The position numbers and the translations under genes are program-made. A stretch of DNA of 64,000 bases from an uncultured Eubacteriales bacterium (lineage in GTDB: Bacteria; Acidobacteriota; Aminicenantia; Aminicenantales; UBA4085), in the NCBI GenBank assembly GCA_964556755.1, contig CAZKXI010000002.1:88263-152262 (forward strand), read 5' to 3'. Below are positions 18,551-27,355 of this stretch, in pieces (the first letter of the stretch is position 1; each line of letters opens with the position of its first letter). The notes under the pieces are model-generated. The model worked only from the letters and a program-made list of their open reading frames with translations. It was not told where the DNA came from and searched no databases.

Positions 18551-20659
18551 CTATCCATTCCATTTCTTCACGCTGAACTTGCCCACCTCGCCGGCGTCCT
18601 GGACCGTGTCGACGATGAACTCCGACACCTTGCGCCCTCCAATATCGAAGTGAAGGTGATACGTCGCCTTCATTCCACGCCGACGATCTCCCAGCATGGA
18701 CTTTCCACGCGGCGAATCGAGCGGGATGATGGCCTCGGGGCCCGCTTCGCCGGCCAGGAATCCGCCGCCCCGCGAGACAGCCGGTCCGTCGAGAATACCG
18801 CCCTCGGCCAGCGGCGCCGGCTGGGCCTTGATCGCCGCGATCTGGATCGCCCCCTGCGCCAGCGCCAGCGCCAGCATGATCGGCCCCAGGGGCAGGAAGG
18901 GCTTTGTCGCCAGCGCGGAGGTAGCCGCCATCGCGGTATTGATCATCGCCTCGGCGATGGCCCATGACTTCTCTTTGTTCCACGCCTCGCGCTTTGCCGC
19001 CGCCTTCTTGCCCTCGAACTCCTCATCGAGCGCTTCGAGCGCCGCCGCTTTCTCCTCCTCGCTCATCAGGCTGTCTTCGATGGCCTTCTTTCGGGCCTCG
19101 TACTCGGCATTGAGACGCTCTAGATCCCGGTCCAGGTTGGCCTGGTGCAAGGCGTCGATGGCGCCGAAGACGCCGGAGGCGGCCTGGCCGAGGTTCTGCA
19201 TGTCGGAGAGGATCTTGTTGATCTTGGTCTCCCAGGCCTGCTTCGCCGTCTCCGCCGCCTCAACCGCCGCTTGCCCGGCGGCCAGGAAGCCCATGCGCAT
19301 GGGGCCGAGGATCTCATTCTGACCTTCCTCCATCGCCTGGAACACGCCCTTCCAGCCATCATCCGTTTCCTCGATGATGCCGGGGATCTCATCGTCGAGA
19401 GTCTTTGTCAGCTTGAGATACTTCTTAATCTCATCGTTCACATCATCGACGGCCTTGGCTTGGGCCTTCCAGCCTTTATTGATCTCGCCCAGGGTCTTGC
19501 TCTGCTGCTTGATCGGCCCGTCGCTGGCGCGCCCGACTTCGTTGACACCGCCGGCCGCCTCACGCGCCGCGCTTCGGAACGCGTCAAGGATAGCCGGGCC
19601 CTTCTCGGTCTCCATAAGCAGGGCCTTCAGCTTGATCCCGTTGACCTCGTAGGAGGCCCCGGTCGAGTCAAGGAGCGCGACAAGCTCGGCCTGGCTCTTG
19701 CCCTCGCGTACATGGAGCGGGATCGACTTGACGACCTCGTCCGAGTATTCGCGGGCGCTGAACGCTAGCCGGCCGAACTGCGCCGAGGTCATGCCAGCCG
19801 AAAGCGCCGCGTCGCGCAACCGGTTGGAGAAATCGACATTCCTTTCCGTCGCCTCGGCCGTTGCCCTCCGGACCTCATCTTGGGTTGCAATGAGATCGAG
19901 CAACGTATCGGCCGCGTCTTTCACCTTGGAGACAAAGGGGCCCAGGGCATCCTTCAAGACGTTGCCAAGCGCCTCCTTGAGCTCGCCGATGGATTTTGTC
20001 GCCTGGCTTAGCTGCCCGCCGAAGGTATCGGTCTCCGCCGTCGAGCGCTGATACATCGTCTCCAACTGGCGAAGCAACTCGGCCTGCTTCTCCATCGGAG
20101 ACAGGCTCTCGTCGACCTTGATACCGACGCGGCCGAGGGCCTGGTAGCTCCCTTCGAGCCCCTTTGTCACCATCATGGTCGCCGAGTGAAGGTCGGTCCC
20201 CATCGTGGACGCCAGCCCCATCGCGCCCTTCATAGCCCGGTCAATGCCCTGCTGGTCAAGGTCCGTCAACTGGAGCATCAGCGCCTGAGCGGCCTCGATC
20301 TCGTCATCCGTGTAGCGCGTCGCCCGCTGTTGCGCCGAAGCCCAGGCCGTGTAATGCGCCAGGTTGCCTTCGACCGTCCGGCCCGTGGATTCCAGCGCCG
20401 CCCTCAGATTCCGGTCGGCCTGCTCCTGCTCCATCGCGCCCTTGATCGAGTCGCGGAACAGGTCCACCACCTCGCGCCCGGCCCGCTGGAACAGCTGCGC
20501 CGCGATCTGCCCGGCGGCGAACTGCTTCCACAGCCCCCCGAGCGCGGAGTCGGTCTTCGGGGCCTGGCCGCTCATCTCCTCCAGCGAGGCGTTCACGTCG
20601 CGGATCTTCTTGGCGCTATCTCCCGTATTGGCACGAATGTCGAGGTTTACATCGGGCAT
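18551..20659 (-). CDS. phage tail tape measure protein
   Basis: 702 aa, long Ala/Glu/Lys/Leu-rich coiled-coil, internal hydrophobic segment (LPLGPIMLALALAQGAIQIAAI), typical of a tape measure protein. Confidence 0.6.
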   Translation of the reverse strand: MPDVNLDIRANTGDSAKKIRDVNASLEEMSGQAPKTDSALGGLWKQFAAGQIAAQLFQRAGREVVDLFRDSIKGAMEQEQADRNLRAALESTGRTVEGNLAHYTAWASAQQRATRYTDDEIEAAQALMLQLTDLDQQGIDRAMKGAMGLASTMGTDLHSATMMVTKGLEGSYQALGRVGIKVDESLSPMEKQAELLRQLETMYQRSTAETDTFGGQLSQATKSIGELKEALGNVLKDALGPFVSKVKDAADTLLDLIATQDEVRRATAEATERNVDFSNRLRDAALSAGMTSAQFGRLAFSAREYSDEVVKSIPLHVREGKSQAELVALLDSTGASYEVNGIKLKALLMETEKGPAILDAFRSAAREAAGGVNEVGRASDGPIKQQSKTLGEINKGWKAQAKAVDDVNDEIKKYLKLTKTLDDEIPGIIEETDDGWKGVFQAMEEGQNEILGPMRMGFLAAGQAAVEAAETAKQAWETKINKILSDMQNLGQAASGVFGAIDALHQANLDRDLERLNAEYEARKKAIEDSLMSEEEKAAALEALDEEFEGKKAAAKREAWNKEKSWAIAEAMINTAMAATSALATKPFLPLGPIMLALALAQGAIQIAAIKAQPAPLAEGGILDGPAVSRGGGFLAGEAGPEAIIPLDSPRGKSMLGDRRRGMKATYHLHFDIGGRKVSEFIVDTVQDAGEVGKFSVKKWNG

Positions 20660-20711
20660 GATCTTGCTCCTGTGCTTGGTGTCTGACTGTCATCCGATTC
20701 CGGGCAACGGC

Positions 20712-21170
20712 TCACCCGCGGCCCAGGATTTTCATGATCTCATCGTCGAAATACTTCTTCAGGAGATCGCGCTTCGCCGTGTCTGAGAGGTTCATGAACA
20801 TCCGCTGCGGGATCTTCCCGCCGGCTGTGCCCATGTTGTGGAAGTAGGCGATCAGCTCCATGCGCCCCTTGACGGATACCCGGCCATGATGCGGACTCAG
20901 TACCTCCGTCAGGATGGAATCCAGCATCTCGCCGGTCCTCCGGAGGTCGACGCTTCCGGCGCTGACCCCCTTGCGCTTCGCGTAGGCCTCTGAGTAGGGC
21001 TTGAACTTCTTCCCCATGTAATCGACCCCTCGAGCGGTCTTGCGGAGGATGATCCTCTTCACCTCTTCGACGAGCTTCTGCATGGGTTCGGCGGACTCCA
21101 GGAATTCCTCGATCCGCCGCAGCTGGCCGATGGACGCGGCCAGCCCGCGGATGTTGACAGAATCGCCCAC
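20712..21170 (-). CDS. phage virion morphogenesis (tail completion, Mu gpG-like) protein
   Basis: 152 aa; size and composition resemble the phage virion morphogenesis family; adjacent to tape measure. Confidence 0.4.
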   Translation of the reverse strand: MGDSVNIRGLAASIGQLRRIEEFLESAEPMQKLVEEVKRIILRKTARGVDYMGKKFKPYSEAYAKRKGVSAGSVDLRRTGEMLDSILTEVLSPHHGRVSVKGRMELIAYFHNMGTAGGKIPQRMFMNLSDTAKRDLLKKYFDDEIMKILGRG

Positions 21171-21195
21171 CTGATCGCTCCGCTGCCGTTGCGCT

Positions 21196-21522
21196 TCAGT
21201 CGGAACGATCCGCCCGCGAGAAATGGAACTGAATCAGGCCCTGAAAGTCCCGGTCCCCGATCTGGTGCAGATCGTGGAGCACGGCCGCCCTCCGGTCCGC
21301 GAAGTCCCGATTCAGGGCCGTCAGCTCGTTCTTCGCCTCGGAGATCGCGCCGAAGTCCGTCACGTCCGGATCCGCGATCGTCGCCCGGCATCGTCTCATC
21401 TTGGCCAGGATGACGTCGCATTCCTTGACGGCCGCCTCGATCTTCTGCTTCTTCTCCTCTTCCCCCGCCGTTATCCCCGCCGCGATTCTTTCAAGTGGGT
21501 CCATGTTGTTCTCTCCTATCAT
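21196..21522 (-). CDS. hypothetical phage protein
   Basis: Acidic coiled-coil-like 100-aa ORF. Confidence 0.3.
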   Translation of the reverse strand: MIGENNMDPLERIAAGITAGEEEKKQKIEAAVKECDVILAKMRRCRATIADPDVTDFGAISEAKNELTALNRDFADRRAAVLHDLHQIGDRDFQGLIQFHFSRADRSD

Positions 21523-21755
21523 TCCTTGTTCGTCTGCCCCTGCCCGCCGGTGCTCGTATCGACCCGAAGGCAGACACCGCTCCGGATCAGGGCATCCCAG
21601 GCCGCCCGGTCGACCGCCGTCTCGATGGTCTCGAAGATCGCCAGCGGCCGCGGTGCATGCCTTGTCATGTCCACCAGGAAGCGCCGGCCGTCCATGAGGC
21701 CGACGTGGATCTGGCCGTCATCGTCGAGACGCAGCTCGACAGCCTTGGTGCGCAT
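21519..21755 (-). CDS. hypothetical phage protein
   Basis: 78-aa ORF, 4-nt overlap with the downstream gene. Confidence 0.3.
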   Translation of the reverse strand: MRTKAVELRLDDDGQIHVGLMDGRRFLVDMTRHAPRPLAIFETIETAVDRAAWDALIRSGVCLRVDTSTGGQGQTNKE

Positions 21756-21765
21756 GGCCGACCAG

Positions 21766-22164
21766 TTACCCGATCAGCGCTTTCGCCGCCGCGTCATAGT
21801 CGGGCGTCACGTCCAGCCAGCCCAGCTGCCGAATCCCGTTCAGCGCAGTCAGCCGGTCGGTCGTGCTCCCGACGCCGTTGGAGAAGTCGACTCCGGCAAC
21901 GGCCCCGTTGAGGCCGGCGCCGCCCTGCAAGTGCTGAACGTAGTAGACGACGGGCCGGCCGTCGATCAGCCGCACGTGGCCGGGGACGTACATCTCGGCC
22001 AGGGAAGAGGTCGGCCCGGCGCAGGTGTCCTCGCAGCCGTGACTGTGAACCGCCGTCCATGCCGTGTAGCGGGAGGACGTGGTCCCCATTCCGCCGACGA
22101 AGTCGATCCCCCAGGCCGTCCCGGTGTACCCGGCAACCGGATGCTTCAGAGTGTAGGTCTCCAT
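21766..22164 (-). CDS. hypothetical phage protein (G[IV]DF..G.G.TSS motif, paralog of 22181-22537)
   Basis: Start METYTLKHP at 22164 with GGAGG RBS; motif GIDFVGGMGTTSS. Confidence 0.4.
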   Translation of the reverse strand: METYTLKHPVAGYTGTAWGIDFVGGMGTTSSRYTAWTAVHSHGCEDTCAGPTSSLAEMYVPGHVRLIDGRPVVYYVQHLQGGAGLNGAVAGVDFSNGVGSTTDRLTALNGIRQLGWLDVTPDYDAAAKALIG

Positions 22165-22180
22165 GATAAACCTCCAATGT

Positions 22181-22537
22181 TTAAGATTCACGGCCCGCCA
22201 AGGCCGAGTTTTGCGATGCCGATTCCGCGGGCTTCGGGGTCCGCTCTGCCTCATCCGAAATATCAACGCAACCGAGCTCATACACCATCCAATCCCGATC
22301 GAGGATGCTGGAGGTCGAGCCCCTTCCATCGCTGAAATCGATCCCCCCGAAAACGCCGGTAAACCCCGGCCGGGGATGCCTCAGACAATAGACCAGCCGC
22401 TTGATCCTGGGAGCCCCGCCTACGCCCGGAAATGCCTTGCGCTCCTCCAGCCGCTTCTGCAACCGTCGCAGCTCATCGAGCAGCTGCAGATAGTGGGTCT
22501 TTAACAGGCCCATCCGCTGGTCTTCTTCATAGAGCAT
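22181..22537 (-). CDS. hypothetical phage protein (paralogous motif GIDFSDGRGSTSS)
   Basis: Shares the G[IV]DF-x-GxGxTSS motif with the neighbouring gene; start uncertain (22537 or 22564). Confidence 0.35.
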   Translation of the reverse strand: MLYEEDQRMGLLKTHYLQLLDELRRLQKRLEERKAFPGVGGAPRIKRLVYCLRHPRPGFTGVFGGIDFSDGRGSTSSILDRDWMVYELGCVDISDEAERTPKPAESASQNSALAGRES

Positions 22538-24086
22538 GGCTTTCCTCGCTCCGGAGCTGGGCAAGCTCCCCCTCGAGCCGCCTCGTCCAGGCCCGGATCT
22601 CCTCGGCCGCCATGCCCTCGAGCTGGGTCGGGTAGGGCATCGACAGATCGAAGGGATCCGTCAGCCATTGGGACGGCGACCCATTCCATAGGGCCGTTAT
22701 GACTACCCCTCGATTCGCGCCACAGCCGACGCAGACCCCTGCCGCGGCGTTGGCAACGTCATCCTGGGCATTCGGGAAATGGTCGACGGAATCCTTGCCG
22801 CCCGCCCTGGCCCGACGCTCCAGGCTCCGCAGCTGCTCCCGCAGCCGGGCATTGTCCAGGAGCTCGACCCGGTTCTGCATGACCAGCGGGAGAAACTCCA
22901 GATAGATAGCGCTCTTGTCCTTGTCCGATGGGATGTAGCGGATCCCATACTTCCGGAAGGCATCCGCCGGCCACTCTCCCCCGTAGCGGTCTCCCGTCAC
23001 CCTCTCGATCCCGTAGGATCGAAGGAGCTGGGCGTAGTCGGACACAACCGACTCCGGGGCGAAGGGCGGACGCCTCTCCTCGAGGGCGTCCAGGATCACC
23101 TTGCCGCGGGGATCTCGATGGGCTATGGCCAGCGTGAAGCTGTCCCGGCGCCCGCCGCTGGGATCTACGAAGGCCTCGTAGATGCCGCGGTATGCCCGCG
23201 GGAGCCGCGTCCGGTCGGGCACTATGACGGACTCGATCGCCTCGGACGTCAGGTAGCTCTCGAGGTCCGACCTGAAATTGGCATTCCATTCCGATTCAGC
23301 GGCAGCAGCGTCGGCGCGGAAGGCCCGCTCGATCAGCCGCTCCTTGATGGTCGGATTCATGGCCCTGGTCGGGGCCTGCCATACCAGGGCGTCCTCATCC
23401 TCGCGCCCCCACTTGTCGCGGAAGGCCTCGTACAGGACGCCCGATTTCGAGTAGGGGCTCGAGATGCCGAAGATCATCCCGCCGGGGATCGTCGCCAGGG
23501 ACGGCCGCAGAGCGTTCAGCACCTCCGCCGCCGGATTCGTACCCTCGGCCCGCCAGAAGGCCAGCTCGTCGCAGATCGCGGCGACGACGGTATAGCCCCG
23601 GAGGGCGCGGTAGCTGCATGTTCCGATCTTGATGCCGACCTGATTCCGAAGGCTGATCTCCCAGGCCAGGTCACTCTCGACCTCCTGGCCCAGGATCTTC
23701 GAGGAGCTCAGGATTCCCTTGATGTAGCCCAGGATATTCCGGGCCTGATCACGGTCGGTGGCGATGACCATAACCCAGGCCGTCTCGCCGGCCGCCAGGT
23801 AGGGGCGCCAGTCATGGAAGAGCGCCAGATAACAGGCCAGGATCGCGGCCATGAAGCTCTTCCCCCCGCGGCGCCCGACGATCGCATAAACCTCGGCAGG
23901 CATGCGCTCGGGGAGATTCTCCCGCCCGGTGTACCTCCGGAAGGCCTCGAGCTCATCGGGGTCCATCGGCAGACAAAAGACGGCCTTCAGGAAGACGATC
24001 CAGTTGCGCCAGGTATCCATGTCCTTGAACATCCGGCCGAACAGCTGCCGATCGCCTAGGGCGTCCAGGATCGTGAATTCGCTCAT
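22527..24086 (-). CDS. terL: phage terminase large subunit
   Basis: 519 aa; N-terminal ATPase with Walker A-like VGRRGGKSF and downstream nuclease-like region; typical terminase_6-type architecture. Confidence 0.75.
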   Translation of the reverse strand: MSEFTILDALGDRQLFGRMFKDMDTWRNWIVFLKAVFCLPMDPDELEAFRRYTGRENLPERMPAEVYAIVGRRGGKSFMAAILACYLALFHDWRPYLAAGETAWVMVIATDRDQARNILGYIKGILSSSKILGQEVESDLAWEISLRNQVGIKIGTCSYRALRGYTVVAAICDELAFWRAEGTNPAAEVLNALRPSLATIPGGMIFGISSPYSKSGVLYEAFRDKWGREDEDALVWQAPTRAMNPTIKERLIERAFRADAAAAESEWNANFRSDLESYLTSEAIESVIVPDRTRLPRAYRGIYEAFVDPSGGRRDSFTLAIAHRDPRGKVILDALEERRPPFAPESVVSDYAQLLRSYGIERVTGDRYGGEWPADAFRKYGIRYIPSDKDKSAIYLEFLPLVMQNRVELLDNARLREQLRSLERRARAGGKDSVDHFPNAQDDVANAAAGVCVGCGANRGVVITALWNGSPSQWLTDPFDLSMPYPTQLEGMAAEEIRAWTRRLEGELAQLRSEESHAL

Positions 24087-24451
24087 CGGGGCTGTCCCTC
24101 GCCACGGCCCCCATCGTCGACGTCCCAGGAGGGCCGGGAAGGGCCTAGGCGCCGCTTCCAGAAGGATTCCCGGCGGGAGGTCAAGGATTCGGCATCCAGG
24201 GCCTCTCTGCGCTCGTCAAAGTAAGGCTTTGCAGCCTCCAGCGCCGCCAGGAGCTCGGGGAGCATGCGAAGCTTCACGGTCACGCCGCGGCCCGTAGGCG
24301 CAACCTCGTCTCTCCCTTCCTCCGGGCAGGGCAGCTTGTAGACGCGGACGTCCAGGTAATCGACCCCGTTGTGCACGACGCCGGCGATCTGCACCTCCTC
24401 GTAGCGGTTCTTTCGGAGTACGGCCAGGATTTCGCGGCTGTCGGGCCTCAT
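24083..24451 (-). CDS. hypothetical phage protein
   Basis: Start MRPDSREIL at 24451 overlapping the upstream gene's stop (ATGA); no family recognised. Confidence 0.35.
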   Translation of the reverse strand: MRPDSREILAVLRKNRYEEVQIAGVVHNGVDYLDVRVYKLPCPEEGRDEVAPTGRGVTVKLRMLPELLAALEAAKPYFDERREALDAESLTSRRESFWKRRLGPSRPSWDVDDGGRGEGQPR

Positions 24452-24966
24452 GACTGGACTCCTTCGGGGGCCGGCTGCGGGGCCCGCTTCTCTTCCTTCT
24501 TGGCGTCGATGTAGCGGCCCAGGTCCAGGCACTCGGCGGACTTGCGCTTGTCGATCCCCAGAGCCTGCAGCTCCAGGCGGAGGGAATTCGTATAGGCCAG
24601 ATAGAAGTCTCGGAGCGCCGGATCCAGCTCGCCGCCCTTGAAGATGCCTGTCTCCCTGGCATGCTCCTCGATCACGCGTAGAACCCCGAGCTTGGTCACG
24701 GCCCGGTCGATCAGGATCCGCTGGGCAGTCGTCAGATCCTGCTCGAGCGGGCCCAGGTCTCGGACCAGGCCGCAGCGGGCCTCGGCCAGGTAGGCCCGGA
24801 GCCATCGCCGACGCTCGGGGAGCTCGCCCCTGGTGAGGTAGGAATACCCGCCATGTACCGGAGGGCGCCCAATCCTTCCCTTGACCTTCAATTTTTGATC
24901 CGTTTTCGCGGTCAGCTGGTCGTTTTTCATCATGTTGATTTCATTAAAGATATGATTTTGGGCCAT
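24448..24966 (-). CDS. putative terminase small subunit / DNA-binding packaging protein
   Basis: ~160 aa basic protein upstream of terL with a putative HTH near the N-terminus; AT-rich start region, start uncertain (24930-24966). Confidence 0.35.
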   Translation of the reverse strand: MAQNHIFNEINMMKNDQLTAKTDQKLKVKGRIGRPPVHGGYSYLTRGELPERRRWLRAYLAEARCGLVRDLGPLEQDLTTAQRILIDRAVTKLGVLRVIEEHARETGIFKGGELDPALRDFYLAYTNSLRLELQALGIDKRKSAECLDLGRYIDAKKEEKRAPQPAPEGVQS

Positions 24967-25104
24967 TGGAAAACCGCCCCAAAAGTCGACAAATGCCCAG
25001 TTTTACAGGGGAAAACGGTGGTTTTATAGACCGTTGGTTTAGGGCAATTCCGGGGCATTCCAGGGGGTCCAGGAGGGGTACTCGGCCGAGAATTTCGTCT
25101 CAGA

Positions 25105-25319
25105 ACCTGTTCCCGCCCACTCCGTTTTTTTCGACCCTCGGGAACAGGTTTTTGCCCTATACCAGTCTCCGACCTGTTCCCATGTCGGGAACAGATCCAA
25201 CAGGGGGAAAGCGTCGATCTGTCCGACCTGTCCGGACCTGTTCCCATACCTCCGGAACAGATGGTCAACCTGACTTGTTCCATTGTTCCCCCCCCTAGGG
25301 GGGAACATGGGAACAGGTC
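25105..25319. repeat. iteron array: >=9 copies of GGAACAG(G/A)T or ACCTGTTCCC, several as inverted pairs, plus the near-palindrome GTTCCCCCCCCTAGGGGGGAAC
   Basis: Seen directly at 25105, 25140, 25172, 25188, 25236, 25254, 25274-25290, 25301, 25310; sits immediately downstream of the replication ATPase gene and upstream of terS. Confidence 0.7.
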
Positions 25320-25332
25320 GACTTGGGCCAGA

Positions 25333-26706
25333 TCAATCATGGATTGCCTCATAGAGCCTGCGGCGGCCTTCCAGGCGTGACCGCCAGCTGGCGCCCTCCC
25401 CGCGAAGGAGTAGCGCCAGCGCCTTCCCTCGCCGGCCGATCTCGAGCTCCTCCTTGATCCACTCGATGAGGGCGGATTGCGTGAGCGGTCCTGGGGCTTG
25501 TCTGAGATGGTCTGCAATCGCGTCGATCCGGTCCTGGTCGGGGCTTGCGGCCAGCGTGAACAGCCCTTCCGGCGTCCGCTGCAGGAACGTCTGGGCCGGG
25601 GCGAAGCGGGACTTCTCCCCCGTCCCCAGCCGATAGAGCGCGTCGGGATCCGGTTCGCCGTCGTCCTCGATCTTCTGAAACGTCGAACGCTTGACGGGGT
25701 ACAGGCTCAGGGCGCAGTCGGCCAGGTCGACGATGGTGCTTGATCCCTTGCTTACGCGCTCGTTCGATTTCGGCGTGTGATGCGCCGCCTGAACGGTGAA
25801 GCCGCAGCTGGTCAGCTCGCGGAGGCGCCCCATGACCAGGCTCATGATCTCGTCGTCATTCTGCGTCCCGCTGTGGGAGCTTCTGAGGGTATCGAAAACG
25901 AGAAGGCTCCCAGCGGGGAGGCGCTTGTAGACGTCCCATCGGTCGGAGTCGAGCTTGGGAGGCGGCGTCGAGAAAGAGTAATGCCACAGGCTGATATCGT
26001 TGGCTCCGATCAGGCGGATCCTGTCGGCAACCCATGCGATCGGATTCTCATAGTCGATGATGACGACGGGGCGGCGCTTCGTCGGCAGGGAGAATATTGG
26101 ATTGCCGGAGGCGACGGCCTGGCCCGATTGCATGAAGAAGGTCGACTTGCCGGTGCCGCCTCGGGAGATCACAACCGTGACGGCCTTGTCGACCACGAGC
26201 TGATCGACGACGTACTCGATCGAGACGTCCAGGGCGGCAACCTCGCTTCCCGACATCAGGAAACGCGCCGGGTCGACCTCAGCCGGGCCCTTCGCAAGCT
26301 CCTCAATCTCTCGGTCGAGGATGCCGAGCAGCGCCTGGGCTTCGGTGTCCCAGGTTCCCGTTGCCTTGTAGTTGCGGATCTCGCGCTCGAGCAGCTTGGC
26401 TCGTTCCGAGTACTTCCGCTCGAGGCGCAGGGCTTGCACCTTAGCCTCGAATCCCGCCGGCGGCAGGAGATAGCAGCCGGAGAGCTCTTTGAATAGGGCC
26501 TCGAGGGAGCTGCCGCATTTGGCCGAGAGAAGGCCGTCCTCTACGGGCTTGGTCGGATCGTCCTCGCTGAGCTCAAGGATGGCCTCGGCAATCTTCCGCC
26601 GCGGCCCGGTGAAGAGGCCGACCGCGTAGCCTTCTGCGCGCTGCCGCTCGGGCTGCTCCTTGGCCGTGAAGAGAAGCTCACGTTCTAGAGTAATAGGGGA
26701 ATTCAT
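25333..26706 (-). CDS. RecA-fold AAA ATPase, replicative helicase/primase-associated (RepA/DnaB-like) protein
   Basis: Walker A VVISRGGTGKSTF, Walker B-like LLVFDTL; start MNSPITLE at 26706. Confidence 0.55.
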   Translation of the reverse strand: MNSPITLERELLFTAKEQPERQRAEGYAVGLFTGPRRKIAEAILELSEDDPTKPVEDGLLSAKCGSSLEALFKELSGCYLLPPAGFEAKVQALRLERKYSERAKLLEREIRNYKATGTWDTEAQALLGILDREIEELAKGPAEVDPARFLMSGSEVAALDVSIEYVVDQLVVDKAVTVVISRGGTGKSTFFMQSGQAVASGNPIFSLPTKRRPVVIIDYENPIAWVADRIRLIGANDISLWHYSFSTPPPKLDSDRWDVYKRLPAGSLLVFDTLRSSHSGTQNDDEIMSLVMGRLRELTSCGFTVQAAHHTPKSNERVSKGSSTIVDLADCALSLYPVKRSTFQKIEDDGEPDPDALYRLGTGEKSRFAPAQTFLQRTPEGLFTLAASPDQDRIDAIADHLRQAPGPLTQSALIEWIKEELEIGRRGKALALLLRGEGASWRSRLEGRRRLYEAIHD

Positions 26707-26786
26707 GCGCCGCTCCCGCCGTCCGGGAGCAGCCAATCACTCGTCTTTGTTGCCATGCTGACCTACCGGGAAAAAGATGTATGCGA

Positions 26787-26990
26787 CTACCTCGGTTTCC
26801 TCTTCGTGGGGATGGAGCTTTTCTCGAGCTCGCGCTCTACGGCGGCCCAATCGACTCTGAGGCCGAAATGGGGCGGCCGCGAATGCGGGAGCTGGCCGGC
26901 CGAGATCAAGTTGTAAATGCGCTTGACCGAAAGCCCCAAGCGCTCGGCCGCCTCGGCGGGACGCAGCCAGCGGCGGACTATTTCAGACAT
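26787..26990 (-). CDS. excisionase/MerR-like helix-turn-helix DNA-binding protein
   Basis: MSEIVRRWLRPAEAAERLGLSVKRIYNLISAGQLP: HTH; ATG overlaps the upstream gene's stop. Confidence 0.5.
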   Translation of the reverse strand: MSEIVRRWLRPAEAAERLGLSVKRIYNLISAGQLPHSRPPHFGLRVDWAAVERELEKSSIPTKRKPR

Positions 26991-27240
26991 GGGCCGTCTC
27001 CTCGTGTTTGGAGTCGCCGGGCTCGATGGCCGGAAGAGGGCCTGGAAAGAGAAACCCCTCGGAGACGCCGAGGACGGCCGCGAGCCTAGAGGCCTGAGCA
27101 GCAGTCGGCAGCTCCCAGCCCCGCGAGATTCTGCTGAGGCGTGACGGGTGAAGCCCCGCGAGCGCCGCAAGCTGAATCTGGGGTAGGCCGCGGAAACGCA
27201 AAAGCTCTGCGATTCGGTTGGTTGGGGCTTCGTTCCTCAT
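26983..27240 (-). CDS. XRE/Cro-CI family HTH transcriptional regulator
   Basis: IAELLRFRGLPQIQLAALAGLHPSRLSRISRG: canonical XRE HTH; palindromic operator-like sequence just upstream (27305-27333). Confidence 0.6.
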   Translation of the reverse strand: MRNEAPTNRIAELLRFRGLPQIQLAALAGLHPSRLSRISRGWELPTAAQASRLAAVLGVSEGFLFPGPLPAIEPGDSKHEETAHV

Positions 27241-27304
27241 ACCCCAAATATAGACCGACAGAAGGAACTAATCAATGCTCATCTTATTTATTTACAACTA
27301 TTTA

Positions 27305-27333
27305 GACACTTTTTCTCGACGAGATAAAGTGTC
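27305..27333. promoter_or_regulatory. operator-like inverted repeat GACACTTT-N13-AAAGTGTC upstream of the Cro/XRE-like gene
   Basis: 8-bp perfect arms at 27305-27312 and 27326-27333 in an AT-rich intergenic region; a TTGACA (minus strand, 27330-27335) overlaps the right arm. Confidence 0.4.
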
Positions 27334-27355
27334 AATAAGACCGGAGGGCGAGGTT

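Noticed and set aside
25090-25330. Possible CRISPR array
   Set aside because: The repeats are short (9-10 bp), irregularly spaced, partly palindromic, and there are no cas genes. I interpret them as iterons/operators.
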